The notes under the pieces were generated by a model. That model saw nothing but the letters and a program-made list of their open reading frames with translations. It was not told where the DNA came from and searched no databases. From Euprymna scolopes (lineage: Eukaryota): a stretch of 64,000 nucleotides of DNA. Below, one piece after another: positions 27,629 through 39,600 of the stretch. The translations under genes were made by a program, and so were the position numbers. Each line of letters starts with the position of its first letter. Positions within the stretch are counted from its first letter, which is position 1. Location: the NCBI GenBank assembly GCA_053919585.1, contig CM132815.1. One strand, 5' to 3'.

Positions 27629-30600
27629 TTAAAAAAAAAAAATGAAGTAAAATACAAAACAAAAGAAACTGAGACGTGCATGTGAGCATTATGTTTTTTC
27701 TAAACAGTTCTTGTAAGTAAAAAAAAAAATACTTAAGCTGAAATCGGAACCAAAACCTTAAGATAGTGGGTCAAGTATGATAACCATTAGGCCAGCTTAA
27801 CACAATCTGTAAAAAGTGTTTTCAAACCTACTTATTCTTAACATAATGTGAATAATTCGCACATGCAAGCTGTGAAACAGTTGACAAAAAGATTTTAAAA
27901 AAAAGATGAAACAAACAAAAAAAAACATGAGAGGGGGCCGCTGATACCCATGAACCAATCCCCCACCCCCACCACTATTAGCACTAACTTATCTTGCCCC
28001 TGGTGACATCTACTTGTAATACATTTCCTTTTTAACCACTTTTACGTTTTGTTGGCCATACTGAAAATTATCCGGTGGTTTTATATGTCAATAATAGATG
28101 TGAACACCTGTAAAATAGGAAGAACCAATTTTTTAATTTTGACACCTTAACATTTCTTTTTTCAGGATAAAAATCAATCAAAAAGTTTTCCACATGTCTG
28201 AATACCCTATATACCAAATTTCAAGTCTGTAGATAAAAAATTCATTGAGTATATACATTGAGAAGTGTCCTCACAATACACATTCTCACATTTATAGATA
28301 TATAAATATATGTCAATAGATTACTCTAAGAATTGTTTTTTTAATGAAATGGCAACATTAATCTTAGAAAACATTACGTTTAAAAGTCTACTCTGAAAAT
28401 TATGGATGAGAATCATTTAGGGCAAGAAAAGTGTGATAACGGTGTGGAGAAGCATAGAAATAAGTGGTCACGGTTGGCATGCGCCCGCTGTAGGGAAGCA
28501 GTGGCACGTAAACCTGAAACCCTTCAGATACAAGAATGCAATTATGAAAATTTAGGCGCTGTTGGGAGTTCGAGATGGCAGACTATAGACGGAAGTGTTG
28601 CTTAACATATGTCTTTTGATTTTCGAACGCCATCTCATTCGCATGTGATTTTGTTGTTGGTTATTGAAAAAAGAAGGGCTGCTGCTGCTTATGGGAAGTG
28701 CGAACGTTTTCGCATGGAGAAGAAAAGAACACAAAATAATCCAGTTCGAGTTTTCTTTCCAACTTGAAATAATTTATGTGACTGAAATAGGAATTGCATA
28801 AATACATTTTTCAGTCACGTAAATTATAAATAATCTTTCGCTGGGTGTTCATGTTACTTACTTGAGTGATACCTGTTAGTTGACAACAAAATTCACTCAG
28901 CATTGGTTTTTCTTGTGGTTGAACGTAATATTGGAATTCACTCTCGATCGATCCATTGGAAATGTTCATCAACACTGCAGGAAATTCAACTAAAAATTTA
29001 AAATCAAAAAAAAAAAAAATTATTTTAAATTGAACTAAAAATTTTTTTTAAATTCAACTAAAAATTAAAAAACGAAAAGAATTTCAAGGTTATCACTATA
29101 TACCACTTGCTCCGTTATTTTTTCAATATTTTAGACATAAAAATAAAATGTTGGTTTGGAATACCCTGTTAAATTTAATAAATAAAAGAGAAAACTTACT
29201 AATCTCTTGCGGTATTAGCTTAGTGTCACTCCAACAGGTTGATTCAAAATCGAGTACAATGATATACTGGAATATTTGTTCTAGAAAAAAAAAAATTGAA
29301 ACAGGAAATGAAATTTGCAATATCTACAATTATTTTGTTACAAAAATCAGTTTTAGTTAAAAAAAAAAAAAAAAATGTCTTAATAACACAAAAGGATGTT
29401 TAAATTTACGAACACAAATTAAAAAAAAATGAAAAAGAAAACTGGGAAAACTTTTACATCTAGCTACAACAATTGTAATTTTCTGTTCTGTTGTTGTGTA
29501 CCTTTTTTTTTTTTACTTATCAAAGCCTGACGGCCACTCGAGGATAAGAGTTAATGAATGTAAGGTGGTGGTTATCTTCAAGTTTTGTCACTCGACATTT
29601 ACAAAGGTCTTGCCTAAACAAATTTTTTCCTTTTTATTTTTTCCGACTTCTTTTTTTTTTAATATGCAATCTCCAAGCCTTGCCAACCAACATTCACAAT
29701 CCAAGGGCAACAACTAATGGTCAATGTGCGTGAGAACACCAACTAAAGATTCACCCTTAAAAAGTGTGAAAACAAACACAGTGACCCATAAAAACAATGC
29801 GGAACACAAACCCGAATACCCCCAAAAATCAACTTTTCAAAAGCTGTTTCTTCAGCGCACACTGACCATCAATTGCTGCCCCCAGATTGAAAATGTTTGT
29901 CGATGAAAGCTGAAGATTGCGTATTAAAAAATAAATGAAAACAATTTGGGTGACAAAAATTTAAGATAATCATAAATATGCATATAAAATAATTGGAAAA
30001 GAGCAAGTTTCAAACAAAACTAAAAAAAAAAGGGCCAAACTGCGTAAAAACGGCCAAAATTGTGAAACCAACCGAAAAACATGGAGCAGTTCCAAAATTG
30101 TGCCACTAGAAACCGAGCACTTCCCCCCAAATGTCCAAATATTGACTTTTTCTGCCCTTGACAATTTCATTCGACAACAATTTGCCGAAAAAATTAAAAA
30201 ACAAAAAGATGAAACATAAAAAAAAAAGATGAAACATAAAAAAAACAAAAACATGAGGTGGGGACCACTCATACATGTGAACCAATCCCCCTCCACTCCA
30301 CCCGCTATTTCCCCTGGCAACATTTGTTTTTTGACCACTTTTACATTTTGTCGGCCATACTTAAAAATATCATCACAAAATATGTCAATAATAGATGTGG
30401 ACAACTGTAAAATAGGAAATGACCTCAGGGCACCTCTTTTAGGGATAAAAAGGAGTTGAATTTTCCTCACATTAAAAATCTACAAACTTTGTCTTTCTTT
30501 ACAAAGACCATGACTTTGCCCTCGTGAGGAGGCAAGCAAAAAAAGGGACAAAGAAATATAATTCGTTTGCAAATCAAAACAAACAATAAAAAACATGTAC

Positions 30601-33600
30601 TAAAACTAAACGGACCTTTCATGATCAAATTTTCTTTTCAAGAAAAATTGCTGACTATAGCATGATCGTTTTCAAGTCCAATGTTAATAAATTCTTATTG
30701 AGCCTTACTCTCAATCATTGTCACCAATCCTCACATTGTTGTTTTAGTGTCCTCCAGACAAATTCATTAGCCTTTATCATCAAGTGGACATATGAATGAG
30801 GTATAGAATTTGCTACAAAAAAAAAAAAAAAAAAAATCACTGAATGGTCGCAGCTTCAAAACAATTGTAAGGCGATCAACACTCTGTGGCTTGTACCTTG
30901 AATACACAATAAGTCTTCGACAAAAATGCTTTCAAACATCGAAACTCTCGATAAAAACCAACAAATTTAAAGTCCAAATAAAGCATATTAACCCAACTCA
31001 TTTACGAGATGCCTTAAATAAATTTCAAGACTTTTTTCGTATGAGCACTTTTATAAATAGTACACACATGAAACTTTTGTCCCCTTTGAAGTAATCTCCT
31101 CTGACTGCAATAGACTTGTACCATTCCCAACAACTTCTGGAAGGCCTCATGGAAGTCCTCTTGTATGAGCATGTCAATGAACCGCGTCACAGCCTCTTTC
31201 GTCTCCTAACAACAGCCTCTGAGGTTTTTCTTGAGTTTAGGGAATAACCAAAAGTCACACACTATAGGAAGGGTGAGGAACTGTCTTGATGCCCATCTTG
31301 ATCAAATAGTCTGTGACAAGGATGGAATTGTGAACTGGTGCATTGTCTTGGTGGAAATGCCACTGACCTAATTTGAAGAATGCTGACTTCTTCTGATGGA
31401 ATCTCCCTGAACTCCCTTAAAACCTCAACATAGTGTTCCTTGTTCACTGTCTGTCCAGTGGGGATCATCATAAGTTTCTGGATGGATTTGCTCTGTCTGG
31501 CCTTCTTGGGTCTGGGAGAGGAAGCATGCTTCTACCTCTTAGTCTTTGGGTCATTAGCAGTAGATCCAATGTTCATCGCAGGTCACCAGAGCATCAACAA
31601 CTGCGGGATCTGAATTGATGTCATGACAATATCTTTCTTTCTGATCTTTTCTGAGCACTCTTGGGACAAACTTTTGGCAAATCTTTCTCATCTTCAGTTC
31701 CTTGTGAATAATTGTGTGTACAGTTCCCACACTGACATCAAACTATGCACTTATTGTCTATATAAACACACGAACATCCTTATCCATGAAATTCTTTATT
31801 TGGCTAATCAACTCCGGTGGTCGGACTTTCTTACTCCTCCCACACCTCTCATCATCCCTAAAACTCTCTGCCTTCCTTGAATCTCTTATGCTATTCAAAA
31901 ACTGATGCTCGATTCATGCAGATGGTCCAAAAGCACTCTGAAGCATTCCATATGTATATTTAGCATTTTTTCCAAGTTTAAAACAGAATTTTATTGCATA
32001 TCGTTCTTCTAAAGTGTCCTCACATCCAGATTGTATTTTTGAAATTCACCAGCTGTGACAATCAGGCTTTAGTAGGGTGTATTCCAATTCCTGCTGTAGC
32101 TGTTCATTTGAACCTGAAAACATAAAAATTGGTCAGTCATCTCATAATATATACAGCAATAACATAATGAATTTTCAGGTCTACAACAATTTTAAATACT
32201 TGTACAAAAAAGTCTGAAAACTTATTGAAGGCAACTTATATCATCCGATACAATGCATGCCAGTATGTAAAACATGATGTAATGTTGCATCCCTCTGCCT
32301 GTTCTACAAGTATTTTAATGGTGAATGCTCTGGCGAACTGCAGACACTTGTGCCCCCACGACGTAGACACCCTCGACAAACGCGACAGGCAGCTAAATCC
32401 CACCCCACACTGTAGAGATCCCTAAATATAAAAGATCTTTCTACTCCAATAGTTTATTCCCCAGAACCGCTAAACTCTGGAATTCCATTCCAGGCTACTG
32501 CTTCCCCAACTGTATTGACATGCAGAAGTTCAAGTGTAATGTGAACCGACATCTTGCTGCCCAAATCCCAACATAGTACCCCAGTAGTTGTTGCCCCTGA
32601 TAGTAGCCCCCTACACTAAAGTGGCAATGTGCCTTGTTTGGGGCGAAAATGTAATTAAAAAAAAAAAAAATGATGATGGAATACTAATTTCATCTTGGTT
32701 ATTATTTTCACGTTTCAGCTGATGTAACCTTTGATCTTTTTCAACTGCTGCTAAGACTAAGCTTGTTTCCTTCAATAACTACAAGAAACCTTCTCTACCA
32801 CCAATAGCAATGGCCAAGAACACATTGCCTGAAAGTACTTCTTTTAAACTCCTCAGCCTAACGTTTACAGGGAATATGAACTGGAATAGATACATTGAGA
32901 GCATTGCCAAGGCTGCTGCAAGGAAGGTTGGCTCCCTCTACCGTGCTAGAAAACTACTTACGCCTGACAGTATCCTATACCTCTCTAAGGCAACCATTCA
33001 CCCATGTATGGAGTACTGTTGTCACATCTGGGCTGGTGCATCTGCTGCTTGTCTCTCGCTCCTGGACAGGGTTCAAAAGAGAGTCGCCAACCTGATAGGT
33101 CCTGAACTGTCATCTAGGCTTCAGCCTCTGTCCCATCGACGAGATGTTGCATCCCTCTGCCTGTTCTACAAATACTTTAATGGTGAATGCTCTGACGAAC
33201 TGCAAACACTTATACCTCCCCGAGGTAACTACCCCCGACAAACCCGACAAGCTACTAAGTCTCATCCCTTTACAGTAGAGATCCCTAGGTGCAAGAAAGC
33301 CTTTTACTCCAATAGTTTCTTCCCCAGAACTGCGGGTCTTTGGAACTCCCTTCCGGGATTCTGCTTTCCCAACTGCAATGATATGCAGAAGTTCAAGTGT
33401 AACGTTAACAAACATCTTTCTACTCATCTCCCTTCATAATGACCCCGCTAATTAAGTCCCTGATAGTAGCCCCCTGCTTCAAAGTGGCGCTGTGCCTTGT
33501 TTGGGGTGAAAATTGAATAAAAAAAAAAATAAAAAAATATGGACCGGACACAGGTCATGAAAGATAAAGGCATTTATTAACAATCAATTCTAGTTCCTGC

Positions 33601-36600
33601 TAGCATATAAGAAAAAGTCGAGTTATTTTGTTTTGTGACATAAGTGTGAGAGCAATAAAAACTACTTACTTAATACCTTCCGTCTTTTATTTCTAAGCTT
33701 CTGACCAGGGGAAGAAACAGATCGTTTTCTCAATAAGCCCAACTCTCTGAAAAAAAAAAAAATTTTTTTTAAATAGTTGATGCACTTTTCTACATTGGTG
33801 TAATTTGAAAATGAAAAGAAATAAAATTTTGAGAAGTCTGTTCAGAATACACCCCCCTCCTACAAAAAAAAAAAAAAATCTGTGGATGTATATACCTGTG
33901 ATGAAAAGAAAACATTGTATACAAAAAAAAAAAAAAATCACATAAATTGATCAAGTAGTTCTATTTTTATAAAAGAAAATCATTTTTAAACAAATTTGAG
34001 ATTTTCCAATGCCCTCCCCATATTAAGAATAGTTTTCTAAAATCTCGATTTGAAGTTATCTCTCTTGTTCCTGTAGAGTGTTTTCAAGATGGCATTACAA
34101 GATTGTCACTGATAGTTAAGTGATAAAATTTGATTTTCTTATTTAAAAATAAAATTACTTGATTAATTTACATGATTTTCGGTGTATGATATTTTCTTTC
34201 AGTCACGGGTACATACATCATACAGATTTTTTATTTTTTCAGTGGGGTTGGAGGAGTTCTGTACAAGCACAGTTTTTTTTTAAAGTTATGTTTATGGTTA
34301 GGTTAGGGTTGGATTTTTTTAATTTGTTTTACAAATAAGAAACAGGTAAGAATTGAATTTTAGCGTAAAAAAAAAATAAATTTCGACATTTTTGAAATGA
34401 CAAAGTAAAATAAAGTAATAAGATAAAAACAAGAATTTATTGAAAGAAATTAAACTTTTGATGATCCCTTCGAACATGTAAATAAATTGTAGATTCTTAT
34501 ACTGTACATAGATTTTGACAATTTGTCAAAACTGGAATCGTTTTACATAATATCATTGATTATCTCCAACAGACAACGGTGTCAATCTAACATAAAATGA
34601 TTCATATATTATCCATAACTTTTTCTTTAATAATTATACATCTACTGAATAAATTTCCCCAAAATTTAGTGTATGCTCATATTTTTCCATCACAAGGCAG
34701 TATTTCTTAAAGTTTTCCTGTTATTTTTAATTAGGCACTGCCAAAAATTGAAGAAAAACAAAGTTTTAATAGTCCACAATAAATAAATTAATATAAAAAC
34801 AAAGTTGTTTTTGCTTTTTTTTAATGAATTCAAATTTATTAAAATCCATTATTCTGGAGCAATTTTTTTCCAGAAAGATAAAAGCCTGAATTTTATATGA
34901 AAAGCAGAATAATATAAAACTTTTTCTACTATTTTTAATAGAATTTTAAATTTTCAAAAAAAAAAAAAAAAAAAAAAAATCACAATTCATTGCCATTTTT
35001 GTCTCGATGGATAACATATTTAATATTTTTTTAAAGGTTTTTGAATCAATTTTTTTCATATCTAAATAAGATTTTTTTTATTTTTACAAAGGAGTCGCCA
35101 CTTATCAAGGGTTAACGAGTGTACAGTAGTCAATGGGACAATATCGTAGTAATCGTCAGTAGTGGAAATTTGGTAAATTGGATTACTTAAGGGGATGGCT
35201 CATCAAGAACTTGTTCAGGTTAGATCTGAAGATACCCATATCGTAGTTAGTTGGAAAGCAGGAAAACGAAACAAAGTTCCACAGACGTGCAGTTCTAAGA
35301 AAGAAGTTTTGTTCATGGAATCTATGTTTAGGTTTAGGTACAGATGAAGAGTGGGGAAAATTATTGATAGTGGTTTCAGCTAAACAGGTGTTTTTCATGA
35401 AAGTCAGACCAAGGAGGACCATAGAGTATTTTTCATGAAAGTTAGGCCAAGGAGGACCACCATAGATTGGAGCTCAGACGAGTACTTGCCATGAAAATAA
35501 TGATAAAGCAGAGACAGGCTCGCAACATCGCTTCTGTGGGAAAGAGGAAGAGGTTGCAAGGAAAAGAAAAAGGCATCCCCTACTAAGCTACAAAGTCTAT
35601 TTTGAACTCTGTCAAGGTAGGATAAGCTGCTTCTAACACCTCCTGCCCAGATGTAGCAATAGTAGTCCATCCTTGGACTTAGATTTAGTATGATTTGCTA
35701 TAAAAATATGCAAAAATATTATAACATAAGTATCTGAATTTCAAATAAATCCATCTTTAATCTCACTATAGATTTCACGTGGCGAAATTAAAAAATCCAT
35801 AAGTTAACGATAGTTTGGAAGAAACTACGGTAGCCCAACTAAATAAGTTCATTTAGTAAACGTAAATTTCCATGTATTTTAAATGTTTGTTTTGATGATT
35901 AAGTGAATTTTTTAAGGATTTAATTTTTTTTCATAAACTATATATATATATTTGTTGCCTACATAACTCCTGAAGTTAAGCAACGATGGGGCTGGCCAGT
36001 ACCAGATGGGTGACAATTTTGGCAATGCTAGGTGCTGTATGTATTGCATCGGTATCTTCATTAAGCTTGTTTTCACGCTTGGTTTTCTTAACCCTGTCTT
36101 GCCATCAGGGTCAAGTGTTTCTGGACGAGAGAGTGTGGTAGATGCAAGTCCCCCCCCACACTTTTAACTAAGTCAAGCGCAGTCAGATAGTTGACAAACC
36201 AGCAATGTTTCTATTTACTTGCCTTCCCAGGAGGGCAGAGTTGGACACAAAATCGGTTTTTAATGTGGGGGAAATCAGGTTCCCCAAAATGGGGCACTCT
36301 GGTTGGTTGGTTTTGTTTTACGGCATATCAACCCTTTTCGGGTTATTTAATGCCGAATACAAAGATTTTGAAGAAAATTTTTTTTAATAGAATATATTTG
36401 TTGTTTTCAAATCAGTTTCTATTTAACCCATAGTTGGGACCCTAACAGGTACTACCACTCCGGGTCAGAGTGGACTTGGAAGCAATGGCAATTAAAGGGT
36501 GGCTCCACACTCCCCAAAGCCCGCAAGCTGGGGCCTCACCACTGGATATAGTTTAAGGCCATATCCAGGACCTGGGGGCATTCTGGATAAGAACAAAAAT

Positions 36601-39600
36601 GCTCCAGTCTAGAAAGATTTTTCCTTCATTGAATGAGAAAAGTATAGGTTAAGTGTAGCATCAGAACAGATAGTACACTCTGATCTTAGCCCCAAAACCG
36701 GTGATGTTTGTGGTCTTCATCGACAAAGATGGATGACATAATCCCACTTCTTCATTTGTGGTCATTTCTACCTTTAAAACAATTTTTAATGTAATCAAAC
36801 AGGTAAATGCTCTTTTTTAAATAATTGAATTAAATTATAATTCCGAATGCCATTTATGGTGAAATGGCAATGGATCCATGAATTACTAAGTGGGAGTGCC
36901 TACAATCTGAGCCAGGACTGCCAACAAGAACCGAATAAAAAAGTCAACCACCTGCTCTTCATGGATGACTATAAGTTTTATTTTACTTCAGTCAAAGTTC
37001 TCAGAAATCAAGGGGCCCACGACCTGGGGCTAACACTTGAACTCTATATGAGATACATAGATATTCGAATGTTCCATTAAAGTTCTTTATTTTTCAAACA
37101 CTGAGTTAATAAAGAAGTTGAGAACATAGTTTTCCTCTCCCCAATTAACCATTTTCATATATTGTAGTATATATTTTATTTTGGTCTCTTGGTCTTACTG
37201 AATTCCAGGACAAGAATTTATCTAGTCTGGTGGAGTATCCATTTTCGTGCTGCTACTTGAGGTAACATCACTTGGAGAAGGTGCACCATTCCTTGTAAAA
37301 GCTAATATGGGTTAGCCATAGCAAGGAGATCTTATTTGGGCAGCGAATACTATGTGATTTTGAATATTTGGTCAGGGTTTACTTCTATGGAAAAAGTGGT
37401 GACGTATAGCTTTGACATTGTTGATTGGCCACAGAGAGAAATTAACAGGCTAGACACTAAAACAAGAAAAATGTTAAAATTATACCGAGTAATATATAGA
37501 AACCTGTATCTACCAAGAGTGTTACGAGAGCAGTCGCCTGTTCTTGTAAGTAAGTAAAAATGGAATAGGATAGTCCGAGAATTTGAACCTGGGAAGCTTA
37601 GATTTGGAATTAAGATTCAGGAGAATTCCAATCATGAGTTTAAAATGAATAATACAGATATGTTATTGAAAAGGAATTCGTTGTTTAGAAATGTTATTGA
37701 AATAGGAATTTGATGATTCAATTCTGTTTATGAAAACTTAAATTAAATTGAGGTTATCTAGATCCGAACAATAGAAAATGTTAAACATTGGAAAATAGGT
37801 TGGGCCAAAAATAGACGAATTTGGTCTACAGAATGAGATAGACATGTGAGGAACAGTGCATGTTTTAGACACGTGAAGCATGTCAGGCCACGGGATTGAT
37901 ATGCACGTTTTTTGGCCATGCAATGACGTCATGGCTAAGAGATGAATTGTCAATATAGTTAGAGCTTTAGTGAAACAAAGAGATCAGTGCCGAGGCAGGG
38001 TCGAGAGAGGGTCGGACAGAGCTGACATGAGTCAGAAGGAACCCACCTTTGGAGGCGAAAGGTTGGAAGTTGAAATCATGTAGAAACTTTGAATTCCTTG
38101 ATGCGAAATCATTGACCAGTCAAGAAATAAAGGACGTCATCATATTTTGTAACTACTGTCTTGTGTTATGCGATTCTACAAACAAGGTATTGTGAAGTTG
38201 TATTTATAAGAACTTGTGTTCCACTCATCTGTATAATGAACTTGTGTATAAACTCATATAAGAATGTGTCTTCATTATCTTAAGAATGTGTCTCCCTCTC
38301 AGTATCAAGAAATAATGAATGTCCCCTCTTAAGATGAAAGACTGACAATCCTCATCTCAAAAATACATGTGTTAAGAAAATATGTGTCAATGTTATAGAA
38401 ACACTCTCCAGAACTGTATAAATGCCTTGCGTTTGTATTACTGTACACATAGATTCGAAAAAGTTGTTAAAAAAGAAATATATAACAAATAAATGTTATC
38501 AAAGGCAAGATAAGTTACTTTTCTACCAAACTGGATATAATTTTCATGTTTTTATTCAATTTAACATGTTTATTCAGCTCGAAAAGCATACAGTGTTTAC
38601 CGATGTATCGGAAAATTCAAAATGGCGGCTGACTCTCTCTTTAACACGGTAAGTTCGGAAAAAGGTGTAATAAATAATAAACTAGACAAAATACTGTTAG
38701 AAATTCGCTCAATATATGTTACCGTGACATAACTTGACATATATTCGGTGGTTTTTTAATAGTATTTTGTCTAGTTTATTATTTATAACACCTTTTCCTG
38801 AACTTACCATGTTAAAGAGTCGGCCGCCATTTTGAATTTTCCAATACATCGGTAAACACTGTATGCTTTTCGAGCTGAATAAACATGTTAACTTGAATAA
38901 AAACACGAAAATTATATCCAGTTTGGTAGAAAAGTAATTTATCTTGCCTTTGATAACATTTATTTGTTATATATATATTTTTTTAACAACTTTTTCGAAT
39001 CTATGTGTACAGTAATACAAACCCAATGCCTTTCTTCTATCTCTCTCATATAAACCCTCATCAAATAGTATTACATGTCACTGTCACATTAAAATGTACT
39101 CTATCCACTAATAAGAACTACATAACAAGAGGAGTCGGAGGCATTGGTTTGTCAGAGATTAACGATCAACATGGAACCATTATTGTGAGCACTGTAGTAC
39201 ACTATCTGATAAGCTCCCATAATCCAAACCTTAAAATGGTATATGAACACCAAGAAAAGAGAGCCAGTAGAACTACTTCCATCACAAAACTGACCAAACA
39301 TTTTGCACGAGACTGTCTTACAAATGAGACAGAAACAGAAAGCAAGCCCGCCAATAGAAATAGCCTAAAAGAGTCGGCAAAAATTCATGAAGACCTTCCA
39401 TTGCAGAAAACTGGACAATAGGCTAACTAACAGCGTGCCAAGTATTTCCTGGATGAACTATCACAGGAATATATTGATAAAAAAGGTTCTGTAGATTGGC
39501 TTAAAAAGGGATCTCTTCACTATGATCAGGAGAGAATGATAATGGCCGCTCAAGATCAAAGCTTGATGACCAATGCTTTTAAAAAGATGAGTGGTCTCAG

